DNA of 53,605 nt, from the IMG/VR virus record IMGVR_UViG_3300032007_000013; one strand, written 5' to 3'. This DNA is from a virus (lineage: Duplodnaviria > Heunggongvirae > Uroviricota > Caudoviricetes). The notes beneath the pieces were generated by a model. That model was not told the DNA's origin, did not search any database, and saw only the letters and a program-made list of their open reading frames with translations. Made by a program: the position numbers and the translations under genes. Shown piece after piece: positions 20,391 to 31,916 of this stretch (positions within the stretch are counted from its first letter, which is position 1; each line of letters opens with the position of its first letter).

Positions 20391-21130
20391 TAAAAATGAG
20401 TGCTTTGGTTGCTAAATCTTACCAGGAATTGGAACAGTTGTGCGAGCCATATGAAGTTAATGGTAAAATGTATGTAAAAGTTCGTATGAGAAATGGTCAT
20501 GAAAAAGTTGTACGAGCATATAGTGAAGCAGAATATCGTCGTTATAATCCAGAAATAACAATTATTCAGCCTGCTAAAAGTCGTAGAGATGTTCTTGGTT
20601 TTGGAGAAGCCGGTTATATTTGGTTGTTTAAAAATGCGACTTATGAATTAAAAGATTGGTTTAAACTTTCTCCTTGCCGCTATACTAAATTGTGGGGATG
20701 GTATTTGCCGTCTGCCGAAGAAATGCCTGAGACTCTTCCTGCGGGAATCACTCCTATTAAATTGGAGTGGGATGAAGTTTCTTTTGATGGTCAGTTGATT
20801 CCTGATAAAGATATTACTGCTATTGTCGATGAAAAACTGTATGACCCGGGTACTTCTGTTTGGGTTGGAAAAATTGGCGAGCGTATTACTCTTAATTTGA
20901 TTTGTGTTAGAGCAATTGAAATAGATAATATGTATGGAACTAGTATCTTTCATACTTTTTCAGATGAAGCAGGAAATGTTTTTACTTGGAGCACTACTGC
21001 TAAGCATCTTGAAGAAGGCCATATGTATTATATGGCAGGAACGGTTAAAGACCATACTACTTATAAAGCCGTTAAGCAGACTGTGTTAACTCGGTGTACA
21101 ATTAAGGAGGATTTAGGAAATGTAGAATAA
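20381..21130 (+). CDS. Phage protein with C-terminal OB-fold-like domain
   Basis: WVGKIGERITL...GNVFTWST...GTVKDH...KQTVLTRC pattern. Confidence 0.55.
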   Translation: MDVIKMSALVAKSYQELEQLCEPYEVNGKMYVKVRMRNGHEKVVRAYSEAEYRRYNPEITIIQPAKSRRDVLGFGEAGYIWLFKNATYELKDWFKLSPCRYTKLWGWYLPSAEEMPETLPAGITPIKLEWDEVSFDGQLIPDKDITAIVDEKLYDPGTSVWVGKIGERITLNLICVRAIEIDNMYGTSIFHTFSDEAGNVFTWSTTAKHLEEGHMYYMAGTVKDHTTYKAVKQTVLTRCTIKEDLGNVE

Positions 21131-21232
21131 AATTATTAAAATTGGAATATTTACATTTTTAGGGATAGGTCTAGTTTATCTATGGTCTATCCTTAGAATC
21201 ATATATGTTTTTTTACCGAAGGAGTATGAATA

Positions 21233-21613
21233 ATGAAAGAACTTAAATGCCCTAATTGTGGAGGCCCTGTAAAACATAAAGGTTGGGGTAAATATTACTG
21301 TGAATATTGCGGGACTGAATTTGAGAATAAAGACGAATATGGAGTTATCCACATTGTTAAAGAGCAATCTGATACAGTGACCCTAGCAGCAAAAGCCATT
21401 GTAGATGAGCATATGCTTCGTTGCTACTCTTTAATGGGAGAAGATAAAGATAAAATGTATGCCCATATTAAGGAAAGTCTTTGTGATCAGTTAGCCCATG
21501 GGTTAGTACAGTATCTTAATCTAAGAGAAAATTATGACCCAATGCATATGAATATGAGTTTCATCGGAACTGTTGATGTAGTTGACCCAGCATCTAGGAG
21601 GTATTCATATTGA
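21233..21613 (+). CDS. Zinc-ribbon hypothetical protein
   Basis: CPNCG...CEYCG. Confidence 0.65.
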   Translation: MKELKCPNCGGPVKHKGWGKYYCEYCGTEFENKDEYGVIHIVKEQSDTVTLAAKAIVDEHMLRCYSLMGEDKDKMYAHIKESLCDQLAHGLVQYLNLRENYDPMHMNMSFIGTVDVVDPASRRYSY

Positions 21614-22146
21614 AAGAATTTGTCTATTATAATAGTATGTTAGATGAATTTAAAGATTTATATTTTCATTTTAAAAATTTAGATATTTCATCTAAGTAGC
21701 GATATCTTGCCGGAATTGATGACTATGAGTTAACAAGAGTTATTGATTTCTTTCTAACTCCTATGGCAAACTTAACCTCTTATAATAATATAGAGGATTT
21801 TTATCTTTTACAAGAACTTTATGAAAATGATGACCCAGTAACTGTTAATGATAAACAATTTACAATAAATACTATTGAAGATTTATTCGATTTAGCATTT
21901 GCTCGTAATTTTGAAGAAAATCTTTTTCGTATATATGATAAATATAGAGAATTCGGTTCATCAATTGAAGATACTGTTTTATTTTTAACCTATGACAATG
22001 AATATATAGATGAACTTTATACCGCAGAAGAATTAGAATAGATAGCAGAAGATATTCAAGCATATATAGAAGATGAAACGGTTAAAGTTCATTATGATGG
22101 AGATATGTTTTTTGTTGAACAAGAGGTAGAAGAAGAAGAGTATTGA
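21610..22146 (+). CDS. Acidic hypothetical protein (code 15; 2 TAG)
   Basis: Extends track ORF 21763-22041 in both directions through TAG. Confidence 0.6.
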
Positions 22147-22206
22147 CATTTTAAAAAAAATATGATATAATTATTATAGAAAAATATATATTGGAGTGAC
22201 TAAAAA

Positions 22207-23130
22207 ATGTCAAACACAGACAGCTATGCAACAACAGCCTCTAATATAGGAGTTACTTCATCTTTATAGAGTAATAGTATTACACTTAATGATAATTATA
22301 CATTTACTACTAGAACTATTGACACACCAGATTGGGGATTATAGACAACTGTTACAACTCCAACTTGGACAGTCAGTGATAATTATTACGATAATGTTTA
22401 GCGAAATGTATTATATATGAAAGATGACCGAACTCTATGTTGGGGTGATCCAAATAAAGAAAAAAAGGAAGATAAAAATAATATGGCAAATGAATTTGAT
22501 TTTGGTCCATATGAAGGAAGTAATATTAGACTATCAACATATGGAATCGCATTAAAAAATAAAACTGGAAAATGGGTTTCTTATGATAAAGATAAAAAGA
22601 GATTAATGGATGTTGATGTATTAAATATTCCAGTAGATACAAAGAAACTTGTTTATAAAGTACCAAAAGCAGTTGATGATGTAGATGAAGGCGATGTTGT
22701 TATTCACAATGGAAACCTTGTAATTGTTGAAAAGAAACAGGGAGAGGGTAGATTCTTAGCAGTAGACCCAATCGCTGGAACTGAGTATGTTATTTTACCT
22801 GCGGTGTCACCATTTGGATTTGATTATTTAACCACAATTATTAGTCTCGCGGCTTATTTACCTGCGGCAGATAAAGATAATCCTTTTGGTAGTATGTTAC
22901 CATTAATGTTATCTACAAAAGATAATAATGGTTTGTTAATGTCTTTACTTTTGAGAGATAGTATGTATAATCTTGATCCCACCATTCTCGCATTGATGTT
23001 AAGTGGGGATGTATCTTCTTATATTCTTTTAATGATGCTCAATGATAAAGAAAAAAAGAAGAAAGAAAAAGATTATGAAAAATTACAGAAAGCATTGAGG
23101 GATGCTAGGGCTCGCGAAAAAGAGCAGTAA
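22207..23130 (+). CDS. Hypothetical protein (code 15; 3 TAG in a Thr-rich N-terminus)
   Basis: Promoter and GGAG RBS at 22207, in frame with track ORF 22417-23130. Confidence 0.6.
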
Positions 23131-23203
23131 TACATTGGGAATTTTTACTTTTTAGTAAAAATTCCCTAATTTACTATTATATAAAAAAAGGAAGTATTTA
23201 TTT

Positions 23204-24847
23204 TTGTTAGAATTAATTAATGACGCAGAACAAGATCTTATTCAATATTATATTTCATCCTTTGGACCAATCAATCATGATAGTTTAAATCGTCCAATGG
23301 CTTCTTTGGATACAATTTTTGCCGAATGGGAAAATTCAAAAACTACTCTTTTTAATATGCTTGGCAATCAATTAATTGTACGACGTCCATATACCTATGT
23401 TATTCCAGAACAAAATTTAATTGATACTTTTACTAGTAAAAAATATGATAATGATTGTTGGGTATTCCTTTGTTGGTGGAATAGAGAAATTATTGCCCCT
23501 TTAACTAATCAAAATGATATAGATCTAGATTTTGTCCAGTTATGCTATGATATTATTAAACCAATTACATTAGCAGGAAATAAATATTTAAATAATACCA
23601 AAATGTTTTATTTGCCTCCTGATAATGAACCTTTTAAAGTTTCAAAAGGTATGCGGCCTATGAGAATTATTACTAAATTGGCCCAAAAGTATGGTTGTAA
23701 AGAAGAAGTGCTAGAAAAATTTCGTATTTGGCACTCTCAAATTTTAAATAATAAACATATGGATGGGGAATTGTGCTTATCAATTCATCCACTAGATTTT
23801 ATGACCATGAGCGATAACGATAATGATTGGCAAAGTTGTATGAATTGGATAAATCATGGAGATTATCGTGCTGGCACTATTGAATGTATGAATTCTCCCT
23901 ATGTACTGATGGCTTATTTACATAATCCTAAACATAAAATGACATTAGGTTCTTGGAATGAATATGAGTGGAATAGTAAACATTGGCGTGAATTATTTAT
24001 TATTTATCCAGAAATGATAACCGAAGTAAAAGGATATTGTTTTTAGGATGAAAATTTAACTAATACTGTTCTAATGTGGATTAAAGAATTGGCTCATAAT
24101 AATTTAAATTGGGATTATGATGATGATGAAATTAATCTACAAGATAGTAATTCTATACCTTTCAATGAGGGAGATTTATGTTTTCGCGTATATCCTGAAG
24201 GGTATATGTATAATGATATTGGAACGTTAGAGAAACATAGAGCCCGAATTAATCGAGAAAAAATTGGTAAATATGAAAATATTACTCACTGGTTTGCTCC
24301 AAATGAAGAGAAATGGCACTATATGCTTGAACTTCCTTATGGCGGTAAAGCAACTTGTATGTGGTGCGGCAGAGAATATAGTGAACCAGATAGAGAAGAA
24401 TTTGTGTTTTGTGAAAATTGTGACCCATCTACCCGTTGTAGTTATTGTGGGAACTATATGAGAGAAGAAGATGGATATTATATTGATGATTATGATGGAT
24501 TAATTTGTTCTGAATGTTTAGATTATGAATGCGGGATTGATGATTTAACAGATGAAACTCATATCAATAGTAATTTAGACTATATTGAATGGTTAATTGG
24601 GTATGATGAAGATAATAATCCTATCTTTTATGATGAAGGAATTTGGGTTTATCATCCAAAAGAGAATTATAAATATCAAGAATTGTTTTCTAATCCACCT
24701 AAAAGTATGAATCATTATTATAGGAATCATCAATATATTACAGTAGATGATATTATTAATAAAAGCGAGTTTGAAGATGTGTTTAGATTAGATGATGATA
24801 TTGAAAATGTCATAGCTGAATACGCTCAAAAAGCAATAACTGAATAA
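23204..24847 (+). CDS. Large conserved phage protein (SIHPLDFMTMS..WQSC motif) with C-terminal zinc fingers; one gene under code 15
   Basis: Track ORFs 23204-24046 and 24074-24847 are in frame and separated by one TAG. Confidence 0.75.
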
Positions 24848-25051
24848 ACTCTTAATTGATTTTTTTAAAAAAAAATTATATAATATATATGTAAGATAAA
24901 GAAAAGGAAAAAACATCTTACAAAAGAAACAGACATACTTATTAAGAAAAAACGAAATCTAATTTGAAAATTTAAAAAAAATATTATATAATAAGTATGT
25001 AAGAAAGACAAAAATAAATAAAAAATTAAAAAATGAAAGGTGAATGAAATT

Positions 25052-25459
25052 ATGTCTGATTCTGTTGTTAAGGTTACCAAGCGTGAGCGGTATGAGTCTA
25101 TTAAGGCTCTGTGTGATGTTGCCGGCGATGTGGGCGACATTGATATTGCGGGTATTATCGCTTTCTGCGATAAGGAAATTGAGACTCTTGATGCCCGTGC
25201 CGAGAAGGCTAAGGAGCGTGCGGCTACTAAGCGAGCCGAGGGCGATGAACTCACTGAGGTCGTTTATAACGTCCTGACTGACGAGCCTGCTCCTATTGAC
25301 GAGATTGTTGCTCGTATCGGCAACGAGGATGTTACCAAGGGTAAGGTTACTTATCGTCTTACTAGCCTCGTTAAGGCTGGTCGTGCCGTGAAGACTGAGG
25401 CTTCTGTGCCCGGTGCTGATGGCAAGGCACGTAAGGTGTCTGTATACGCTATCGCCTAA
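25052..25459 (+). CDS. Winged-HTH-like phage protein, paralog 3 of 3487/6720
   Basis: TKRERY..IKAL, FCDKEIETLD, VTYRLTSLVKAG; highly biased codons. Confidence 0.75.
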   Translation: MSDSVVKVTKRERYESIKALCDVAGDVGDIDIAGIIAFCDKEIETLDARAEKAKERAATKRAEGDELTEVVYNVLTDEPAPIDEIVARIGNEDVTKGKVTYRLTSLVKAGRAVKTEASVPGADGKARKVSVYAIA

Positions 25460-25473
25460 GAAAGAAATAGGCT

Positions 25474-25510
25474 AAAAAGGGAAAGGTAATATTATCTTTC
25501 CCTTTTTCTT
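25474..25510 (+). terminator. Intrinsic terminator
   Basis: AAAAAGGGAAAG/CTTTCCCTTTTT stem. Confidence 0.65.
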
Positions 25511-25558
25511 TTATTATTTGACTATTATCAAAAAAAATGGTAAAATAATAAAAAGGAT

Positions 25559-26377
25559 GTGAGTAATTTGAGATATTGTTTAAACGCACGCCAAAACATG
25601 GAATACTTAAAAAAGGCTGATGAACTCCTTGTTTAGTGGCGTGATAGAGATTATATATATGATTTAGCAGAAAAGTATCCAGAAGTAAGAATTGTATTAG
25701 AAACTCCAAATGAATTAGAAGATAATTTATGGCAAAGTATTCATTAGTATGAAGTAATTTGTAAAGCAGGATTTATGCTTTGTGTAGTTAATGAACTACA
25801 AATGCATATAGCAAAAGATTTTGGATATAAATTTTTCTTAAAAACCCCAATTAAAGACCCTTATATTTTAAATGCTTTAATTGATTTTGGAGTAAGTGCG
25901 GCTCGTATTTCAGGCATTTTATGTCATAGTTTAGATTATGTAAATACTTTACCGATAGAAATACGTGTTATTGCTAATTATAGCGACTCTGCTTTTGGAT
26001 ATCAAAAGATGCGAGGAGCATGGTTCCGTCCAGAAGATTTATATAAAATAGAAGCAATTGATGTTTGTGAATTTTTTCATAAAGATAATAGAGATGAACA
26101 AGCATTATACCGTATTTATGCGGAAAATCATGAATGGCCTGGCGAACTGAATCTTATTATAAAAGATATTGAAGATAAAGATATTCTTAATAGAATGCTA
26201 CCTCCGGAATTTCAAGAAAAAAGAAGTAATTGTCATTAGCGTTGTCAATATGGAGGTCATTGTCATTTATGTGATAGAATGACTTCATTAGCTAATCCAG
26301 TTCATTTAGAATATATTACAAAATTTCCTAAAAAACCAGTAGAATATTACGATCCAGAAGAGGAGAATGATGAATGA
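25559..26377 (+). CDS. Hypothetical protein with a C-terminal Cys cluster (NCHQRCQYGGHCHLC), possibly peptidase U32-like (code 15; 3 TAG)
   Basis: GTG start; read-through extends track ORF 25775-26239 in both directions. Confidence 0.6.
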
Positions 26378-26756
26378 GCAGCCAGTCAACTGCGTTTCTT
26401 GGTTATGGTTTTATTATAAATAAATATGAAGACGCTCCTATGCCTAATCATTTAGGGGAAGATTGGGAGCCTAATCCAGAATGGGAAGAATGGGCTGATA
26501 ATTTTTGTAATAGTGAATTTTGTTGGCCTATTTATGCTTATGATGATGAAGCACGATTTTTTGGTATTAAACTAACTGATAGTATTGACCCGGGAGAATA
26601 TGCAGAATTTGGAAATGATTTTCCTCATTTTGATAAAGAATGTATCCCTGAATGGAATAATTTTATGACAGAATTTGAAAAATTTTTCCCTAATTCTAAT
26701 AAAAAACCGCAACATATATTTGTAAATGTATTTTGGTGTTAAAGGAGAGATAAGGT

Positions 26757-27059
26757 ATGGCAAAAGGTGCAGAAGCCAAAAGCATTGTAGAAAATAAAAT
26801 TCGTGATGCTTTTGGCAAAGATTTTATTGGTATTGATACAAGTTCAAAAAAGATTTATGTATAGGCAAATGAAGGCGGAGAAATGGTTTAGGTAGCAATA
26901 TCTATGACTTGCCCGAAAACACCATTCGTAGCTGGTGGTAGTGAGCCATCTGCATTTGGAAATGGAAATTATGCTCAACCAGATGTTTTTTAGCCAGTTG
27001 AAATTACAAGTGAAGAACTTGATAATGTTCGTAAATTAATCAAGGAGTTTGATTTATAA
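26757..27059 (+). CDS. Hypothetical protein (code 15; 3 TAG), absent from the ORF track
   Basis: MAKGAEAKSIVENKIRDAFGKDFIG...; RBS; ends TAA. Confidence 0.7.
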
Positions 27060-30000
27060 TGGGAAAATTTTACGTAGTTGGTTTTGATGAAACTGGAGAT
27101 ACATATTATTTTCATTCAAAAGAAAATGCTATAAAGTTTGCAGAAGAATCATATCAACAAGATTTTGGTAAAGATACCGAAGATGAAGTTTATATTGCTG
27201 ATATAACTACATTAAAGCAAGATGGGTATATTGACGATTATACTTGGATAGAGGAGTGTTATTTTGAAGATGAAGGTTAATAATACTGGGTATTCTATGG
27301 ATATTTATTTCCGTGATTGGAATGGCGGTCGTAGTTTTGGTGTTTCAAACGATGAAGAAGATAGCGTTTCTTTAATGGCATTTCGTGATTTTTGCTATGA
27401 TGCGGGACGGGCATACGGTTTTAGCGAAAATCAAATGGATAGTATCTTTAATTGGGATTTTGGCGATGATACCAATTAATAATATAGATGACGCAATTGA
27501 AAAATTAGAATATATTTTAGAGGCAGACCCTAGAACTTTTTCTAACCAAACCTGTGAGAATGAGGAAGTTTTTGATGAAGTCTATGAAGCATTAAAGCAT
27601 CTTAAAAAGGCAAGATTAAAATCTTTTATTTGAAAATTTATAAAAAATATTATAAAATATATATAGAAAATAGATAAGAGATATTTTCTATATATATTTT
27701 TTTTATAGGAGAAAATTTATAATGTTTTGTAGCAAAGTAAAATATGTTACTGTAACTGATAATTGGCATCCTAATTTTCACGATAATTTAATTAAAATTA
27801 CTTTAGGTGTATTTGCTTATGACGGTGATTGCTATGTAAAGTTAATGGCATGGGGCGCTGATGATTTTGGTCTTGAAATTTATAAGGAAGATTTAACTTT
27901 TCAAGAAGCTATGAATCTTTATAATAATGAAATGAATACCCTATATGAATCTATTCCAAAAGTAACTAATAAAAATTGGTTTTATGATCATGGATTTGAA
28001 AGGTTTTAATTATGGTTTATATTAATAAAACTACTTTAGAAAAAGAAATTATTGATAATTATTGTAGTTTTTGCCGTCGCCGCAAAGATTTTAATAATAT
28101 TGAATGTCTTGATTGTAAAATTAGATCTATTCTTCTTCTTATAGATGATATTCCTTGTTTTGATAATTTTGTTCCAACAGAAAAAGTAGATGAATTGGTA
28201 AATTTTAGTGCTGGCCAATTAAAAAATGGTTGTCCTTTTCCTCTTGGGAGCTGTCCTGATGATGATGATTGGAATTGTGAAGATTGTTGGAGAGAATTTT
28301 TAAATAAAAAATTTCTTATTTGAAAATTTTAAAAAAATATTATAAAATATTTATAGAAAAATAAATAAAGGAGATATTTTTAATGCCTGTTTATTTTGTT
28401 TATTTTGATATAACATATGAAATTCCTTATGGGAAAAGACTTTTTTCCTCTAAAGAAAAAGCAATTAATTATTTTTTAGATAAATATTATGATTATTGTG
28501 TTGAATCTGGTATTGAATCTATAAGTTATGATTTAGCAGAAAAATATCCTGAAAAAGATAATAATGAAATAGATGAAATAGCTTATTGTCAAGCTATAAA
28601 ACAGGCTCAAGAAAAAATTTCTATAATTCAAACACGTTTAAAAGATTCAAATTATAATTTTATGTATCATGATTGGGATGATATGCCCGTATTATGTGAA
28701 GTTGAACAATTTGGTTATGTTCAAAAGATGGAAGTTGAATGAAATAAAAAATTTTGATGTAATTTAAAAAATTTCTTATTTGAAAATTTTAAAAAAATAT
28801 TATATAATATTTATAGAAAATAAGAAATGAGGTTTTAAAAAATGTTCCGTAAAGTAGTTTGTTATCCACATATTGATTTTTATGATTTAGTTGAAGAAGT
28901 TGAAAAAACTGGATATCTTGGTGATTTTGAAACTGATTTTATGGAACATCATCAGCCCAGTCCTACTTGCTCTATTGGGATACATATTCCCAGTGAAAGC
29001 GATTTGAAAAAGTACGATTGGGAAGAATGGGAACTTGTAATGTTTTCAATACTTAGAACAAATGGTTATAATCCTGATGAAACAATCTATGTTGATATTG
29101 ATTATTAAGGAGAGTATAAAAAATGACTGTTATTCTTGTTTATGAAGAAAACCATGACCTCATTACTGTAGCAAAAGATTATAAATCTGCTATTAAATTT
29201 CTTATTAATAATAGATGGATTGAAGAATCTATGGAAGTTTGGAATGGAGATGGTACTTATGGTCGTCTTGATGAACTTCTCGGAGAAAATGCTTTTGATA
29301 TTATAACTGAAAAATGGGATATTAGTTCTTTTAATATCTTTTGGGATGGAAGTTTCTTCCTTAATGAGGTAAACGTATATGAATAAATCAATTTATACTT
29401 TAATTAATGCGGAAGACCTTTATCCAGAAGCACAGTATAGTTCTTATGATAAATCTCTTTTGGAAGAGATTATGTGTGATGAATTTATGCTTGACGTTAT
29501 GTATGAATTTAATTCAAGAATAAACAGGGCAGAAATCGTCAATAATGAGTTTTTAAATAATAATAAAGAACGAATTGCAAAAGAATCTTGGAATGATGTT
29601 CTTGATTATTATAACGCTTATGTAAGTATTGTGCTAAGTGATGTAATTTAAATAATCTCTTATTTGAAAATTTTAAAAAAATATTATATAATATTTATAG
29701 AAAAATAAAAAAAGGAATTTTTAAAAATGACTGTAAGAGAATTTGTTCAAAATATTCTTCTTGAAGCTCCTGATTTAGATGCTACTATTTATATTAGTCA
29801 TACTATTAATGAAGATACGGAAGAAATAGAATCCTTTGATGTTGATAAAATTACTTCTTGGGGGAATAATGACATGGTTGATATTGTTCTTCGTAAATGG
29901 GAAGGCGGTCAGTAATGCATAGTTTTGATGCTGGTAATGGTTATCGTTTTCACTTTAATAGTGATTATTCTGGAGATATAATTATCACTCATCCTGATAA

Positions 30001-30337
30001 AGAAGAATATGAAATTGATGGAGATGCTTTTATGGCATTTGCCAGATATGCTTTATCTGATGAATTAGTTGAATATTTAGCAAAATTTTGGGATAAATAA
30101 ATCTCTTATTTGAAAATTTAAAAAAAATATTATATAATATATATGTAAGATAAATAAAGATAAGGAATTTAAAAAATGACTGCTTATATTATTGTTGCTC
30201 TTCAATCATTTGGTACAGATTGGGACATTCATCCTACTATTTTTCTTAATAAAGAAGAAGCCTTAGAAGAGTGTGCTAAATTAAATAATAAAATTAGCGG
30301 TTATGAATATTTCGTAAAAGAAAGAGAGCTTGTGTAA
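27059..30337 (+). other. About eleven small hypothetical genes, several with their own promoter cassette
   Basis: RBS-led ORFs of 54-119 aa. Confidence 0.65.
28773..28820 (+). promoter_or_regulatory. Representative of a ~45-bp repeated promoter cassette (TTGAAA-17-TATAAT; TCTTATTTGAAAATTTTAAAAAAATATTATATAATATTTATAGAAAA)
   Basis: Near-identical copies near 19870, 24960, 27630, 28320, 29660, 30110, 31340, 33110, 38215, 38500, 48420, 51770, 51920, 52350. Confidence 0.8.
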
Positions 30338-30351
30338 GTTTTCTTACTTTT

Positions 30352-30465
30352 CATAAAAAATCAAATAACTACTGGTTCGAGTCCTTAGTAACGGCGGTCC
30401 CGAAAGGAAAGAAGCGTAATTGCCCTTCGCCGTAGCAGTTGGTGCTTAGTATTTGATTTTTTATG
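30352..30465 (+). ncRNA. Stem-closed RNA with T-like arm, acceptor-like stem, then D-like arm (permuted tRNA mimic)
   Basis: Perfect 16-bp closing stem; GGTTCGAGTCC; ACGGCG/CGCCGT; TA-GCA-GTTGG-TGC. Confidence 0.5.
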
Positions 30466-31105
30466 AAAGGCAAGAAAGAAAATCTAGCGGTTGGCCATTG
30501 CTATGAGAAGTATTGTCTCCTTATACGTCCGCACTATCAAGTTCAATCGACGATAAAAACCAGGAACTTGTGACTTTCGAGATGGTTGTATAGCTCTTCA
30601 CTGGTTTCAAGAGGAAACCAAAGATGTCCTATATTGTTGTCGTTTATGCATGGTTAGTCCCTACATTAAAAGGAGGAAAACCGGCAACTTAGCTAAGCAG
30701 TTTCGCTTAACTGCCCTGCGGGGAAATAAGCAATTTAAGGGATGCTTTTCTTTATGATTAATCGAGGACGTGTGCGGTGGGAAATGTTTGAGAATCCAAG
30801 AGTTGGGAATGTAGATTAATCACTGATGTAGGAGTTATAGGCCTACGGTCGGCCAAGAGACGATAAACATTGGAGAGTTGCCACCTCTTGAAAAGTGTGG
30901 AGTGGAAATCTTTATATCTGTGCTGATAAGCCATAGGAGACATCCTTAAAGAGTTCCGTTCTTAGACCGACTACAAGGTCTTTGTCGAAATATAGAAAAA
31001 GATGTAGTTAAAGAGGAGTTTGCGTGAGACGTGAGGGGATGCCCGAAGTAGACGAAACGCAGAGGGTTGGTGGCCTCCAAAGAAGTTGACGGACCAAGAC
31101 TTCTA
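30466..31105 (+). ncRNA. ~640-nt structured RNA candidate (GOLLD/ROOL class)
   Basis: GC-rich, no RBS-led ORF, many hairpins, abuts the tRNA cluster. Confidence 0.45.
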
Positions 31106-31108
31106 TAT

Positions 31109-31261
31109 GCCGCTCTAGCTTAACTGGTTAGAGCCCGCGACTTGGAAATATCGTTTAACTGGAAAGACTGCCCGGTGTGTGCTGGGATAATATCAGTTCA
31201 AGTCTGGTTATTTCCGGCAATAATCGCGAGGTTCTGGGTTCGATTCCCAGGGGCGGCACCA
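31109..31261 (+). tRNA. tRNA-Ile (TAT or AAT) interrupted in its anticodon loop by a nested tRNA
   Basis: Acceptor GCCGCTC/GGGCGGC+ACCA; anticodon stem CGCGA/TCGCG split by a 76-nt insert. Confidence 0.8.
31144..31219 (+). tRNA. Nested tRNA-His(GTG)-like gene
   Basis: GGAAATA/TATTTCC acceptor, D arm, GTG in anticodon register, ATCAG-TTCAAGT-CTGGT T arm, ends GGCA. Confidence 0.7.
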
Positions 31262-31386
31262 TTAAAAAAAATTTTTTAGGGCAAAGAAAGAAAAAGTATT
31301 AAAAAAATCTTTCTTTAAAAATACATAAAAATCTTTCATTTGAAAATTTTAAAAAAATATTATATAATATATATGTAAGATAAATA

Positions 31387-31525
31387 AAGACAGAAACAGC
31401 AATTTTAATTTAAAAATGTTATGATTTGAGGAATCCGGTGTTGTAGGTTCGACTCCTGCCTTCCGGTTATAGGACTGGAAGTAGCTCAATCGGTAGAGCA
31501 CGAAAAAACTTTTTAAACTGTCTTG
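31387..31525 (+). ncRNA. ACAGCAA clamp RNA 1, containing a circularly permuted tRNA (YrlA-like topology)
   Basis: AAGACAG/CTGTCTT clamp; T arm 31443-31459, loop-closed acceptor 31460-31481, D arm 31484-31499. Confidence 0.75.
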
Positions 31526-31555
31526 TCATTACTTCGTAATGACGAAGTAATATAT

Positions 31556-31630
31556 GGCTCCGTAGCTCAGAGGTAGAGCGCACGCCTGTTAAGCGTGATG
31601 TCGAGATATCGTAATTCTCCGGAGCCGCCA
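31556..31630 (+). tRNA. tRNA-Asn(GTT)
   Basis: CACGC-CTGTTAA-GCGTG; atypical T-loop ATCGTAA; CCA. Confidence 0.88.
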
Positions 31631-31635
31631 TAAAA

Positions 31636-31916
31636 AATAATGGTAGTAGGCTTAGAAGTAGCCATCTTTAATGAGTAGTGATATGCCGTGTGTGAGTATA
31701 GTTAGTTTGTTGGTAAAGCTACTATGAATGGATAGAGAGAGTCAATTCCAAAGAAAACCAACCTTAAATTAGTCAGTCAAGAACGGTAACGCGGGGAGAA
31801 GCGGCTGTATATCAACCTGCGCAACGTGAAGCTATGGAGCTAATGAAGTTATGCTTGCAAGGGCGGGGCCGACCTAAATGACCAATATACTTTTAGTGTA
31901 ATAACACACCATTATT
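31636..31916 (+). ncRNA. 23S rRNA L11-binding domain (H43/H44) mimic with a ~220-nt insertion
   Basis: GGCTTAGAAGTAGCCATCTTTAATGA ... AGTGTAATAACACA, closed by 9-bp AATAATGGT/ACCATTATT. Confidence 0.7.

Noticed and set aside
31636-31916. A genuine 23S rRNA gene fragment
   Set aside because: Similarity is limited to H43/H44, split by an insert and closed by its own stem; no flanking rRNA sequence.
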